Source: an uncultured bacterium
GTDB lineage: Bacteria > Acidobacteriota > Thermoanaerobaculia > Multivoradales > J023
Reading direction: 5' to 3'
NCBI GenBank assembly: GCA_937948815.1
Contig: CALFAM010000308.1
Location: 5,817-69,816 of the forward strand
Length of the DNA: 64,000 nucleotides
Part shown: piece after piece, positions 20,205 to 32,204 of the stretch
Layout: each line of letters starts with the position of its first letter
Numbering within the stretch: the stretch's first letter is position 1
Program-made: the position numbers and the translations under genes
The notes under the pieces: model-generated
Databases searched by the model: none
What the model saw: only the letters and a program-made list of their open reading frames with translations
What the model was told of the DNA's origin: nothing

Positions 20205-20959
20205 TGTCCGCCCCGATCACGAGCCGCAAGACCGCTGTCGTCACCGGTGCCAGCTCCGGCATTGGCGCGTCGATCGCGCAGCAGCTCACGGCCGCGGGCT
20301 TCGAGGTCATCGCAGGCGCCCGCCGGCTCGATAAGCTGCGGGCGATCACCGAGCCGATCGGCGCCCGCGCCCACCAACTCGACGTCACCGACGTCGCGAG
20401 CGTCGAGGCCTTTGCCGCGCAGATCGAGGGCGCGCATCTGCTGGTCAACAACGCCGGCCTCGCCCTCGGCCTGGCGCCGGCCGCCGATCCGAATCTCGAC
20501 CACTGGCGCACCATGTTCGAGACCAACGTCATGGGCGTCTTGCACGTGACACGGGCGTTGCTGCCTCGCCTGGTCGCTTCCGGTGACGGGCACGTCGTCA
20601 ACATCGGCTCGATCGCCGGGCTGGCGACCTATCCGGGCGGGGCGGGCTATACGGCCTCCAAGCACGCGCTGCGCGCGCTCACCGAGACCCTGCGCCAAGA
20701 GCTTCTCGGGCAGCCGGTACGCGTCACCGACGTCGCACCCGGTCTGGTGGAGACTGAATTCTCGATCGTCCGCTTCGAGGGCGACAGCGAGCGGGCCAAG
20801 GGGGTCTACCAGGGCATGACACCGCTCTCAGCCAACGATGTCGCGGATTGTGTGGTGTGGGCCGCCACCCGACCATCACACGTCAACATCGACCGCATTC
20901 AAGTCATGCCGCGCGACCAGGCCGGCGCCACCCAGGTCCACCGCAGGAGCACGGGCTGA
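20204..20959 (+). CDS. Short-chain dehydrogenase/reductase, YdfG-like
   Basis: TGASSGIG, NNAGLA, YTASK, PGLVETEFS, RPSHVNI. Confidence 0.88.
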   Translation: MSAPITSRKTAVVTGASSGIGASIAQQLTAAGFEVIAGARRLDKLRAITEPIGARAHQLDVTDVASVEAFAAQIEGAHLLVNNAGLALGLAPAADPNLDHWRTMFETNVMGVLHVTRALLPRLVASGDGHVVNIGSIAGLATYPGGAGYTASKHALRALTETLRQELLGQPVRVTDVAPGLVETEFSIVRFEGDSERAKGVYQGMTPLSANDVADCVVWAATRPSHVNIDRIQVMPRDQAGATQVHRRSTG

Positions 20960-20960
20960 C

Positions 20961-21176
20961 ATGGATCCGAAGAAGCTCAAGCAGACGTTCGCCCACCTCG
21001 AAGATCTCGACGATCGCATGACCTACAGAATGCGCTTCTCGGACAGCTCGATGATCCGCCCGAGTGCCGAGCAGCTCAACGAGAAGATGCGGGATCTTGC
21101 CAGCTACACCGTGGAGCTCAAGGACGTGGTCCGCGAGCTGATCATCGCGATTGCCAGCGAGCCCAAGAAGGGCTGA
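20961..21176 (+). CDS. Small hypothetical helical protein (71 aa)
   Basis: ATG 1 nt after the SDR stop; typical codon usage; MDPKKLKQTFAHLEDLDDRM…. Confidence 0.6.
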   Translation: MDPKKLKQTFAHLEDLDDRMTYRMRFSDSSMIRPSAEQLNEKMRDLASYTVELKDVVRELIIAIASEPKKG

Positions 21177-21177
21177 G

Positions 21178-21693
21178 TCAGCCTGCGCCGCGCGAGCCCG
21201 GATTCGTAGCGCCCGATCCGGTTGAGCCGAATCCACCGGCGCCGCGCGCCGTCTCGTCGAGCGATTCTGCTTCGTGCCAGGTCGTCGCAGCCACCGGCGC
21301 GACGACGATCTGCGCGATGCGTGCGCCGCGCTCGATGGTGAAGGGCTGGTCGCCATGGTTGATCAGGATCACCCCGACTTCGCCACGGTAGTCGCTGTCG
21401 ATGGTGCCCGGGGCGTTGAGCACGGTGACGCCATGCTTGGCCGCCAGGCCACTGCGCGGTCGGACCTGTGCTTCCCAGCCCGCAGGCAGGGCGATCGCCA
21501 GGCCCGTGGGCACCACGGCGCGCGAACGCGGGGCGAGAATCAGAGGCTGGTCGACCGCGGCGCGCAGGTCACAGCCAGCGCTGCCCGCTGTCGCAGTGCT
21601 CGGCGCCGGTAGATCTCTTCCATGCGGCAAGCGCAGGAATCGAATGGAGGCAGGATTCACAGTCTCTCCAGGGTGGGGAATCGGAACCGACAA
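21178..21693 (-). CDS. dut: dUTP diphosphatase
   Basis: [38 protein letters not shown]. Confidence 0.95.
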   Translation of the reverse strand: MSVPIPHPGETVNPASIRFLRLPHGRDLPAPSTATAGSAGCDLRAAVDQPLILAPRSRAVVPTGLAIALPAGWEAQVRPRSGLAAKHGVTVLNAPGTIDSDYRGEVGVILINHGDQPFTIERGARIAQIVVAPVAATTWHEAESLDETARGAGGFGSTGSGATNPGSRGAG

Positions 21694-22668
21694 TCAGTTG
21701 CGGCCCTGGCCGGGTGACGCACCGTTGCCTTGGTTGGCTTCGTTGATCCCTTGAACCGCGGCACCACCCGGGCCGCCTGCCGAGCCCGGCGTGGAGCCCC
21801 TCGGCCGGCCGGGAATGCTGCTCGCACCCTGTGCCCCACCGCCCTGTGGCTGGACGCCGGGCGGGAACGGTCGACCGATGCGGCCGGCGTTGACCGGGAG
21901 CTGCTGCTGCTGACCACCGGCTAGGTCCGCTCGCTGGGGGTCGCCCCCTTGGCCCTGCGGACCGCCTCGGCGCGGACCGCCGCCCAACAGATCGTAGGTG
22001 AACTTCCAGTCGGAGATGCTGTTGGAGTCGAACCAGGTCTTGATCGAGTCCTCATCCGTCGGACTGTAGACCCCACTGATCGGCCCGGAGGCCACCTGGG
22101 TCAAGCCGTCGTCATCCGCTCCCGACAGCACGATGACCGGCTCATCCCCTGGCTGTCCAGGTGGGCGGTTCGGATCGTCCTCATCGTCTTGAGACAGCCC
22201 ATTGTTCCGGTTCGGGTTGTTCTGGCCACGGCGGCCGGTGCCGGTGCCTTGGAAGATCAGTGCCCAGCGGCCGTCTTCGCGCATCGGATTGGTCCAGAGC
22301 TGACGGATGTGGCGCGGCTCGACCTCGAGCAACTCCTCGAGGCGTACCGGCAGGCGTTGAAAGCGCTTGTTGAACTGGTGGATGGCTTCCGCGTACTGCA
22401 AGCCGCGAAAGATCAACTCTTCCTCGCGCTCGCGCTGAATCTGCACACTCCAGCGTGGCAGCGCCGCGGCCAGCGCGATGTTCATGACCGTCAGCATCAC
22501 GGTCACAATGACCAGGTTGTAGCCCGCCTCCCCATGATGCCCATCCTCCGCATGAGAGTCAGCCTTCTCGTGCGGGACGGCCCTGTCAGCGCCTGCGTTC
22601 GGGAGCTCGGCCTCAGGCCCGGGTCGGGTGTCGCTGTGCTGCGTATTCACGGCGTACCGTTTCACCAC
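21694..22668 (-). CDS. Minor pseudopilin-like protein (no Glu5, GspK-like) with low-complexity tail
   Basis: AG|YNLVIVTVMLTVM hydrophobic helix, QREREEELIFRG, P..LEEL; start uncertain. Confidence 0.7.
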   Translation of the reverse strand: MVKRYAVNTQHSDTRPGPEAELPNAGADRAVPHEKADSHAEDGHHGEAGYNLVIVTVMLTVMNIALAAALPRWSVQIQREREEELIFRGLQYAEAIHQFNKRFQRLPVRLEELLEVEPRHIRQLWTNPMREDGRWALIFQGTGTGRRGQNNPNRNNGLSQDDEDDPNRPPGQPGDEPVIVLSGADDDGLTQVASGPISGVYSPTDEDSIKTWFDSNSISDWKFTYDLLGGGPRRGGPQGQGGDPQRADLAGGQQQQLPVNAGRIGRPFPPGVQPQGGGAQGASSIPGRPRGSTPGSAGGPGGAAVQGINEANQGNGASPGQGRN

Positions 22669-23111
22669 TCCGCGTAGGCGCTGCCGTCGAGAGCCAGGTC
22701 CTCGGAGAGCGAGAAGACGTCGATAATGCCGGGGGCGCCGCCCTCGGGAAGGTCCGTCTCCGCCGGCTCGAACTCATCGTCGAAGGTGTCGTATTCGACG
22801 CCCCACTCGCGCTTCTTGGTGATGGTGTCCAATGGAATATCGCGCAGGTATTCTTCTTCGACCAACGCTTCGAGGGATTCGGGGTAGTAGCCCTTGTCCC
22901 CGTTGTATTGGTCGAGGACCTGGCGGAGCGTGTGGAGGTTGTTCTTGAGCACGGATTCGTTGGCCCGCTTGGGTACCTGCACGAGGTTGGGCAAGGCCAT
23001 GCTCGCCAGGATGCCCAGGATGGCCATCACGATGATCAGCTCGATCAACGTAAAACCGGCCTGGCGCCGAGCGGTTCTGCCGCGCATCGTCTGCTGCTGG
23101 ATCGTTGCCAT
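22662..23111 (-). CDS. Pseudopilin, GspG-like
   Basis: AG|FTLIELIIVMAILGIL N-methylation motif; YPESLEALV. Confidence 0.85.
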   Translation of the reverse strand: MATIQQQTMRGRTARRQAGFTLIELIIVMAILGILASMALPNLVQVPKRANESVLKNNLHTLRQVLDQYNGDKGYYPESLEALVEEEYLRDIPLDTITKKREWGVEYDTFDDEFEPAETDLPEGGAPGIIDVFSLSEDLALDGSAYAEW

Positions 23112-23131
23112 GCCGAGCCTCCTTTCGGCCA

Positions 23132-23650
23132 CTACCATTCGCTGTAGGGGATGCCGTTCAGTCCCGTCCCGACGGAAAGCGAATAGACGTCGAAGACGTT
23201 TTCACCCCCCCAGGACGTAGCGTCCCAATCGTCGTTGAAGCTGCGGAGGCCCCATTCGGCTTCGCCGGTCATCGGATCGATCGGAACCCGGCGCAAAAAC
23301 TTCTTCTGCATGTCGATCTGGCCGACCAGCTCGACCCCTTCGACCAAGATCTCGAGCTCGGCCGGATAGCCTTCTGTGCCGAGATCGACGGGCAGCAAGC
23401 CCGCGTCGCTGTAGCGCTTGTACTCGTCGATGGCATTGCGCATCGAACGCAGCATGCGCCGCAGCTCGGCTTCCTTCTGGCGCTTGATCGTGAACTTGGC
23501 GAGCGGAAAGCTCGCCGACGCCAGGCTGGTCACCAGCAGCGCGGCGACAACCATCTCCACCAAGCTGTAGCCGCTCGTGCGGCGCTGGGCACGAGCGTGG
23601 CGGCGTGGTTTGCTGTCTGGTGCTCGACGCTTCATCGCTGGGCCTTTCAT
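23132..23650 (-). CDS. Pseudopilin (prepilin-type N-terminal cleavage motif)
   Basis: SG|YSLVEMVV; GYPAELEILV; FLRRVPIDPMTG. Confidence 0.82.
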   Translation of the reverse strand: MKGPAMKRRAPDSKPRRHARAQRRTSGYSLVEMVVAALLVTSLASASFPLAKFTIKRQKEAELRRMLRSMRNAIDEYKRYSDAGLLPVDLGTEGYPAELEILVEGVELVGQIDMQKKFLRRVPIDPMTGEAEWGLRSFNDDWDATSWGGENVFDVYSLSVGTGLNGIPYSEW

Positions 23651-23707
23651 CGCTGGGCCTTGGCTCGCGGCCGTCGTGCGGGCGCCCGTGCGACCGCGAC
23701 GACCGCA

Positions 23708-25624
23708 TCAACCGCCGTTCTCTTCCAGGCCTCCGGTGGGCGCCAGCTCGACGCCCTGGTTGACCGGATCTTCCTCCGGCGGCGTATCGTCTTCGTCGTC
23801 CTCGTTGTCGACGTCGTTGGCGTCTTGCAGGCCGCGTGGCAGGGAGCGTAGGCGCTCACGTAGACGCTGCTCGACGTCCCGCCTCGACTCGTTGTCGAAC
23901 GGACCGCGGACGTTGGACTCGACCCGCGGACTACCGCCGCGGAAGGAGATGTTGGCTTCGGTGCCGACCCAGATCGGCAGCAGGTCAGCCTCGGTGATGT
24001 TGGCGCGCCGGATGATGTGCGGCGTGAGCGTCAGCACGATGTCCGTACGCGTGTTCTGCCGGCGGTTGGACTTGAACAGCCGGCCGAGCACGGGAATGTC
24101 GGACAGGCCCGGAATGCCGCTCTCGCTGCTGGTTTCGTCATTGCGAATCAGGCCCGCGAGGAAGTTGGTCTCGCCATCCTGCAGCCGGATGTTGGACTCG
24201 ATCGTCCGCTGCCCGATGATCGGCTGGGACTGCCCACCCGGCGCATCGACGTTGCCCGAGATGGCCGAGACTTCGACCCGCAGCTGCAAGCTCACCTGGT
24301 TGTTGTGGTGCACCCGCGGCTCGATATCGATCTTGATGCCGACGTCCTGGTACTGGAACGAGGTGATCGGCACGATGTTGGTGCCCGCCACGTTCGACGT
24401 GTTGAAGGTCGTAGTCGGAATCGGCACCCGATCACCAATCGTCAGGGTCGCCTTCTCGCCTTCGGTGATGCGTAGCTTGGGCTGCGCCAGGAGCTGCGCA
24501 TCGGTGGCGGTCTTCAGGAAATCGAAGATGAAGTTCGGGATCGTCAAGACCCAGTTGTTGGCGTTCAGAAACTCGACGTCCGAGAGCCGCAGCGGCACGT
24601 CCTCGCCGCCCAGATCAAGGGATGAGGTGATCTGGTTCTGGCTGAGATTCAGACCGAGGTTGCTCAGCTTGTTGGTGTTGATCTCGAGCAGCTCGACATC
24701 GATCACGACCTCGGCCCGTGCCTTGTCGTTGGTCAGGATGATCTGCTCGGCGACCTTGACCTTGTCGGCCGTGTCGCGCAGCACGATCGCATTGAGCTGC
24801 TCGTTGGCCGCCACGTTCTTGGCGCTGATCAGACTGCGGATGATGGTCATCACGTCCTTCACCTCGGCGTTCGAGAGGAAGAACGTCTGGATCACCTGAT
24901 CCTCGTAGGTGCGCCGGTTCTGGGGCGTGTCGTCCGCGATGATGATCGTGTGCTCGTCGACGACCTTGTAGAAATGGCCGACAGGTCGCATCAGCGTTTC
25001 GATCGCACTCTCGGCGTCGACGTCGACCAGCTCGATGCCGATCTCCTGATCGCGCAGCTTGGGGTCGAAGAGCACATTGATGCCAAAAGCCTTACCCAAT
25101 GCGCGATAGATCTGCTTGACCGACTTGGGCTCGGGAAACAGCAGGTCGATCTCTTCCTTGGATCGCGGGTCGAGCACCGGAGGCTGAGGCCGCGCACCGC
25201 GCGTGCGCTCTTTCATTTCCTCGATCGAGCGCGTCGGCTCTTTCGACTCCTCAATAGCCCGCAAGTCATCGATCACCTTCTGCATCTCGGCAACCGCGTA
25301 CTGGTTCGACGGATCGAGCTCGATCGCCTGACGGAACTCGAACAGCGCCCGCTCCAGCACATTGGCGTCGTAGAAGCGCACGCCTTTCTTGAAGTGCTCT
25401 TGCGCCGATTGAATCTTGGCCCGCATCAGGCCTGCCCGATACGAGATGTTCTCCGGGTAGGCATCGACCGCTTCCAGGTAGTGGAGCACGGCGGCGTCCC
25501 AATCACCCTGAGCTTCGGCGAGCTGCGCGCGGCGCAGAACATGCTGACTGGCACAGCCTGCGATCAGCGCCACAGCAAGCGCGAACGTACCGGCGATCCG
25601 GCCGGTGGGACTCTTCATTGGCAT
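23708..25624 (-). CDS. gspD: Secretin (GspD/PilQ family) with lipobox and N-terminal TPR-like region
   Basis: IAGC lipobox; secretin core (LAQPKLR, YQDVGIKI, LQDGETNFLAGLI, GIPGLSDIPVLGRLF, TPHII). Confidence 0.9.
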   Translation of the reverse strand: MPMKSPTGRIAGTFALAVALIAGCASQHVLRRAQLAEAQGDWDAAVLHYLEAVDAYPENISYRAGLMRAKIQSAQEHFKKGVRFYDANVLERALFEFRQAIELDPSNQYAVAEMQKVIDDLRAIEESKEPTRSIEEMKERTRGARPQPPVLDPRSKEEIDLLFPEPKSVKQIYRALGKAFGINVLFDPKLRDQEIGIELVDVDAESAIETLMRPVGHFYKVVDEHTIIIADDTPQNRRTYEDQVIQTFFLSNAEVKDVMTIIRSLISAKNVAANEQLNAIVLRDTADKVKVAEQIILTNDKARAEVVIDVELLEINTNKLSNLGLNLSQNQITSSLDLGGEDVPLRLSDVEFLNANNWVLTIPNFIFDFLKTATDAQLLAQPKLRITEGEKATLTIGDRVPIPTTTFNTSNVAGTNIVPITSFQYQDVGIKIDIEPRVHHNNQVSLQLRVEVSAISGNVDAPGGQSQPIIGQRTIESNIRLQDGETNFLAGLIRNDETSSESGIPGLSDIPVLGRLFKSNRRQNTRTDIVLTLTPHIIRRANITEADLLPIWVGTEANISFRGGSPRVESNVRGPFDNESRRDVEQRLRERLRSLPRGLQDANDVDNEDDEDDTPPEEDPVNQGVELAPTGGLEENGG

Positions 25625-25632
25625 CCTCGCTC

Positions 25633-26178
25633 CTACTCCTCGATCTCGACCCGTCTCGGGGGTACGTCGGGAAATCCTACGAACCGAACGTCGATCGACT
25701 CGAAACCGATCCGGTCGACAATGAACTTCTCTTTGAACTCTTGGCCCAGCAGGGCATTGATCTCTGTCTCGCCATCCGTGATGGCCGCGATTCGGCGTGA
25801 CTCGGGGCCAAAGATGCCCAGCAGCTCGAAATCGATCGGCGGCGGTACCGGCTTGACCGGCGGCGGCGGCGGCGGCGCCACGTAGGGTGGCGGTGGTGGT
25901 GGCGGAACGTACGGCGGTGGCGGTGGCGGTGGTGGTACGTACGGGCCGAAGATGTTGCGACCCGGCGTGTAGCTGCTCGCCTGGCCCTCTAACGCCGCCA
26001 TCTGAAGGTCGACGACCTCGAGTGTCGTGACGTCGACGGCACCGCGCGCCGAGCCTCCCAGAATGGCACTATCGCCCGCCAGGCGTGCAAGCCACGGCCC
26101 GACGTACTGCCAAGAGGCGATCGGCGCCAGCACGGCGAGCGCGATCAGGAGGTTTCGGGTACGGCTATCGATCTTCAT
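25633..26178 (-). CDS. PilP/GspC-position protein with extensin-like poly-Pro repeats
   Basis: N-terminal TM, GRNIF, (YVPPPPPPP)n; position between PilO and the secretin. Confidence 0.65.
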   Translation of the reverse strand: MKIDSRTRNLLIALAVLAPIASWQYVGPWLARLAGDSAILGGSARGAVDVTTLEVVDLQMAALEGQASSYTPGRNIFGPYVPPPPPPPPYVPPPPPPPYVAPPPPPPVKPVPPPIDFELLGIFGPESRRIAAITDGETEINALLGQEFKEKFIVDRIGFESIDVRFVGFPDVPPRRVEIEE

Positions 26179-26939
26179 CAGATGGTCTCGTCTGCCGGCA
26201 CCTCGGCATCTTCGCCTGCCGCATCCTCATCCGCGTTCTCGGCACGGGCGACGCCCTCGGTATCGGCTACGGGGTCTACGGACGAGGTGGGTGAGGCGTC
26301 ACGGTCGGGCTCGGAGTTCGCAGCCGTCTGCTCCGCGGCACGCGCCGCGCGGGTCGCCTTGGCGAGCTCGTCGGTCACGAAGAGCGTGGCAGCCGAGAGC
26401 GAGACCGAGAGCCTCGGATTCGGCGAGCCCGTTTTGCCGGCTCGATTCAACGAGATGCTCCGGAGAATCATGAACTGATCCGAGAGCTCCAGCAAGTTGA
26501 TGAAGCGACGGAGCTGCTCATAGGTCCCTTCGACACCGAAGGTGATCCCCATCTCGCGCAGCTTCAGCTCCTCCAGCTCTTCGAGCGGGTAGGTGAACGC
26601 GGTTGGATTGAGCCCAGCCGCCGAGCCCAGGCTCTCGATCTCCTCGAGCGTCGCGGTCAGCCGCTGGTCGGCGGTCTGGAAATGGTCCAGATAGAGGGAG
26701 TGAATGTCGCCACGACCCGTGCGCACACGTGACAAGTAGTCTTCGATCTCCCGCCGCTGGGCGGAGAGCTTCCGCAGGTCTTCGTTGTCCGATTCGAACC
26801 GTGAGCGCAGCGCCTCGACTTTGCCAGCGTAGGCGACTTGGTAGAACGAGAAGACCAGCAGATTGACCACCAGCAACGCCAGTGGCAAGCCCCAGGTGAG
26901 GGGACGATTGCGCAGGGTCCGTAGCCAGGGCTGGTTCAC
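26178..26939 (-). CDS. pilO: PilO/GspM-like alignment protein
   Basis: TM + coiled coil + VEGTYEQLRRFINLLE motif. Confidence 0.75.
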   Translation of the reverse strand: MNQPWLRTLRNRPLTWGLPLALLVVNLLVFSFYQVAYAGKVEALRSRFESDNEDLRKLSAQRREIEDYLSRVRTGRGDIHSLYLDHFQTADQRLTATLEEIESLGSAAGLNPTAFTYPLEELEELKLREMGITFGVEGTYEQLRRFINLLELSDQFMILRSISLNRAGKTGSPNPRLSVSLSAATLFVTDELAKATRAARAAEQTAANSEPDRDASPTSSVDPVADTEGVARAENADEDAAGEDAEVPADETI

Positions 26940-28324
26940 CGGCGACCTCCTCCGATCCGGGCGCTCGACGAAGCCGGCGCGCTGGGTGGCACCGGCTCGA
27001 GATCTTCGGGGCCGATGGATTCCGGGGTGGGGTCGGGCCGTGCCGGCTCCGATGAGGGCGGAGTGTTACTCGGCCTCGTGGGTTGGGTCGTTGGTGGTCT
27101 CGTCGAGGGGCGGGTGGCCGAGGGTTGTGTTCCCGCCCCCGGCGTGGCCGGAGACTGGGTGCCCGCTGGCCCCGCCTGCGGCGCTCCCGGTGATTGGGCG
27201 ACCGGCGTCGCGGTCGGAGCGATCGTCGCGGCAGGAATGATCGGCACGCCACGCGCTCCGCTGTTCGGTGTCCGCTGCGTGCCCGCCGTGCGCTCGTCCG
27301 CCGGCGTATCTCGGCCGCTTTCCCGCGTTCGCAGCGTGCCGCGCTCACGGTCGCGCCGGCTGCGCTCTTCACTCGCTCGCACCTGCTCTTCGCGAAGCTC
27401 GCGCGCATTTTGCTGGCTGGGTTGGCGCACACGCGCGCGCGGCACCCCGCCGGTGGGCGGCGGCACGACACTGCTGCCGACCATGGTGCGAAGGTCCTCT
27501 GGTGGAGGCACTGCACCCGGCGCGACCACGGTGTCCGGCTGCACCTGGTTGGCGGCGAGGCCCTCGCCGCCGCTCCCAACAACGTTGTCTTCCGGATCCT
27601 CTTGCGCAACCAACTCGCCTTCGGCCCCGGCCAGCGCCTCACCGTCGTGATCCGCGACCTGCTGCTGGCCCTCGCCACTGGACTCCATCAGTGCCTGCGC
27701 AGCGCCGACCAGGAACAAGACATCGAGGTTGAACTCATGCTCGCCGGTATTGCTGATCGCCTGGTTTCGAAGGTTCGGGCTACGAAACACGGGGTCCGCG
27801 AACAGGCGGTCGACGAAGGAGCGGAGCGCGGCGCTGTCGCGTGCCTGGCCGCGCAGGGCCAGCTCGACACCTTCCGGCTCGCGTGCCGCTCGCCGTGCAC
27901 GCGTGCGCCGGCTCGAACGCCGGCCGGAGGACGCGCTCTGATCGGCCTTCGCGCGGCGCGGCTGAACCGCCGCGAGCCACACCTGATCCGGGAGGACGTT
28001 CTCCAGCCGATCGAAGAGCAAGCTCCACGGAAACGCCCGATCCGTAATCAGGGTGTTGAGGGTCTCGACCTCTTGATTCTGCTCTTCGAGCGAGAGCGCG
28101 GCGACCGCCTGGCCGAGCCGACCGATCTCTTCGGTCTCGAAGGCGATTTGATCCCGCACTTCGGAAAGCTGGCCGGTCGTCGTCGCAAAGCCGGTGAGGT
28201 GGTCCCAGAACAGCCACAGGTTCAACGCCGTGAACAAGCCGCCAGCCAGCCAGAGCACGCCCGAGATCCGCCGGATCGGCCGACGGTTCTCGAAGGGGCG
28301 GTTGGCGAGATTGAGAATCTTCAT
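26936..28324 (-). CDS. pilN: PilN-like protein with long disordered C-terminal extension
   Basis: LNLANRPF, TM, coiled coil, FPWSLLFDRLENVLPDQV; ATG 28324. Confidence 0.75.
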   Translation of the reverse strand: MKILNLANRPFENRRPIRRISGVLWLAGGLFTALNLWLFWDHLTGFATTTGQLSEVRDQIAFETEEIGRLGQAVAALSLEEQNQEVETLNTLITDRAFPWSLLFDRLENVLPDQVWLAAVQPRRAKADQSASSGRRSSRRTRARRAAREPEGVELALRGQARDSAALRSFVDRLFADPVFRSPNLRNQAISNTGEHEFNLDVLFLVGAAQALMESSGEGQQQVADHDGEALAGAEGELVAQEDPEDNVVGSGGEGLAANQVQPDTVVAPGAVPPPEDLRTMVGSSVVPPPTGGVPRARVRQPSQQNARELREEQVRASEERSRRDRERGTLRTRESGRDTPADERTAGTQRTPNSGARGVPIIPAATIAPTATPVAQSPGAPQAGPAGTQSPATPGAGTQPSATRPSTRPPTTQPTRPSNTPPSSEPARPDPTPESIGPEDLEPVPPSAPASSSARIGGGRR

Positions 28325-29275
28325 CAGACGACCTCGGCAGCGGCGCAGCCGACCATGACAGCGGTTTCCTGCCACGAGAGATCAGCACGGGCGGAGGCCA
28401 GAGGTATGTGACTTGCCCCCATCCATTCGATAGAGCCCTGCAGCTCGGCCTCGAGCCACGAAGCCCATGACGTCGCCTCTTGGTCCGGCGCGACGGCCAG
28501 GACGACACCTGCGAGTGGCGTGTTCGGCAGGTGATCACGCAAAAAGCTCTGGGTCAGCCGCAAATCGCGGCGGACGACCTGAGCATGCGCGGACGGTGGC
28601 ATGTCTGCCAACGTCTTGTGTCGGTAGAGAAAGGGCTCGTTGCGATGCAGGAACGCGATCGAGTACGACTGCTCTTCGACCATCACGAGACCGATGAGGT
28701 GGTCGGGATCGGCACGAGAGTCGAGCCCCGCAAGCGCTGCCATGGTGGCGTTGGTCACCTGACCAAGCTGAACACCGGCAGCCGAAAAGGCGCTTTCCAG
28801 CTGCTCCAACAAGAGCTCGATGGCGAAGCCGAGCAGAATCCTGCAAGGCTCTTCCTGCGCTGCGAGCGGCGCAACCTCGTCTGACGCGACACGCAGGTCG
28901 TCGACACGAAAGGGCACCAGGCGCTTGAGCTTCCAGCGGACCATCTCGCTGCGCTGCGCGGTCTTGACGGGCAGCTCTTCGATTTCGGTAAACAACGTTC
29001 GCAGCCAAGCGTCCGGCAGCACGAGACCGGCGGCACGGGGGGCTGGGTCGATCTGCGCGACGAACGTGCCGACGATCTCGGAGAAGGCGGCAACATCGCG
29101 TACGGGACCACCGAGCGGGCCGTCGGCGAAGACGCCCGCTGGGAGCTCGACCATCTGGTAGCTGTCGAACGAGAGCCCCTTCGCCGTCCGCGTGAAGCCG
29201 CCGTAGCGCAAGTGGCGCGCGTCGATGGCAAACACGTGAGGTGGCGCGGGCTGTGGCTCGAGGCCCAGGAGTCGC

Positions 29276-30946
<1,671 letters not shown>

Positions 30947-30956
30947 GGGTAGGTCC

Positions 30957-32171
30957 TCAGCCTCCGACCTTGGACAGCACGCTGAACATCGGCAGGTAGA
31001 TCGACACCAGGATGACCGCGATGATCACGCCCATGACGATCATCATGATCGGTTCGACCAGCGACAATAGACGCTGGGTGCGCACCTCGACCTTCTCGTC
31101 GAAGTGATCCGCGACACTCTGAAGCATCTCGTCGAGCGCGCCCGTCGCCTCACCGACCTTGATCATGTCGATCGCCATCGGCGGCACGATCTCGGTCTTC
31201 TCCAATGCGTCGTGAAAGGCACCGCCTTCACGGACGTCGTCGGCCGCCGGTGTGATGCGCTTGCGTACGAATTGGTTCGCCACGGCTTCGCCGGCGGTCT
31301 CGAGCGCTTGCAGCAACGGGATGCCGCCGGCCAGCAAGGTCGCCAGCGAGCGGCAAAACTCGGCCAGCGAGAACTGCAGGAAGATACCGCCGAGGAGCGG
31401 TATCTTCAACTTCCAGCCATCGACCAGGGTGCGGCCCGAATCGGTCTGCATCCAGCGCTTCCAGCCGAATACGAAACCAATGACGCCGAGCACGAACCAC
31501 AAGAAGTTGTCGCGCATGAAGAAGGAGATCGACAAGATCACCTGGGTAAGCGCGGGCAGCTCGGCACCGAGATCTTCGTAAAAGACGGAGAAGCGCGGCA
31601 CCACCACGACCGCCATCACGGTCATCATCGCCAGGGACAGCAAGACGAGCACGATCGGATAGATCAATGCCGAAACGATGCGTTTGCGGGTCGAGAGCAC
31701 CAGCCGCTGGAAGCGGATGAACCGGCGCAGCACCTGCTCCAGCTCGCCGCTTCGCTCGCCCGCCTTGAGGGTAGCGGAGTAGAGCGGCGGAAACAGGTCA
31801 CCGAAGCTGGCGAACGCTTCCGATAGCTCGTAGCCGGAGCGCACCTTGTCTCGGATCTCGGTGAGCAACGAGCGGAAGTTCTCGTCTTCCATGCGCTCGA
31901 GCTTGAGATCGAGGCTCTGCATCAGGGGTAGGCCAGCGCGCAACAAGGCGGCCAGCTCCTGATTGAAGGCGAGGAAGTCTTCCGACTTGAGCTTGTGATG
32001 CTTTGCGCCGCTTCGCTTGAAGCTCGGGAGGCCCAGCCCGCGAGGCTTGATCTCGAAGATATGGAAGCCTTGACGCTCGAGCTCTCGGCGCAAGACGCCG
32101 ACATCCCGACCATCCTCGATCTGGGTCAGAATGCGACCATCCGGGGTGCCGAGGCGGCAAACGAACTGCAT
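30957..32171 (-). CDS. gspF: GspF/PilC inner-membrane platform protein
   Basis: LLRAGLPL, AGERSGELE, ALIYP, GEATGAL, LVEP…IYLPMF. Confidence 0.92.
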   Translation of the reverse strand: MQFVCRLGTPDGRILTQIEDGRDVGVLRRELERQGFHIFEIKPRGLGLPSFKRSGAKHHKLKSEDFLAFNQELAALLRAGLPLMQSLDLKLERMEDENFRSLLTEIRDKVRSGYELSEAFASFGDLFPPLYSATLKAGERSGELEQVLRRFIRFQRLVLSTRKRIVSALIYPIVLVLLSLAMMTVMAVVVVPRFSVFYEDLGAELPALTQVILSISFFMRDNFLWFVLGVIGFVFGWKRWMQTDSGRTLVDGWKLKIPLLGGIFLQFSLAEFCRSLATLLAGGIPLLQALETAGEAVANQFVRKRITPAADDVREGGAFHDALEKTEIVPPMAIDMIKVGEATGALDEMLQSVADHFDEKVEVRTQRLLSLVEPIMMIVMGVIIAVILVSIYLPMFSVLSKVGG

Positions 32172-32204
32172 GGACCTGAAACCCTCGCAGGCGCAAGGAG
32201 GAGG

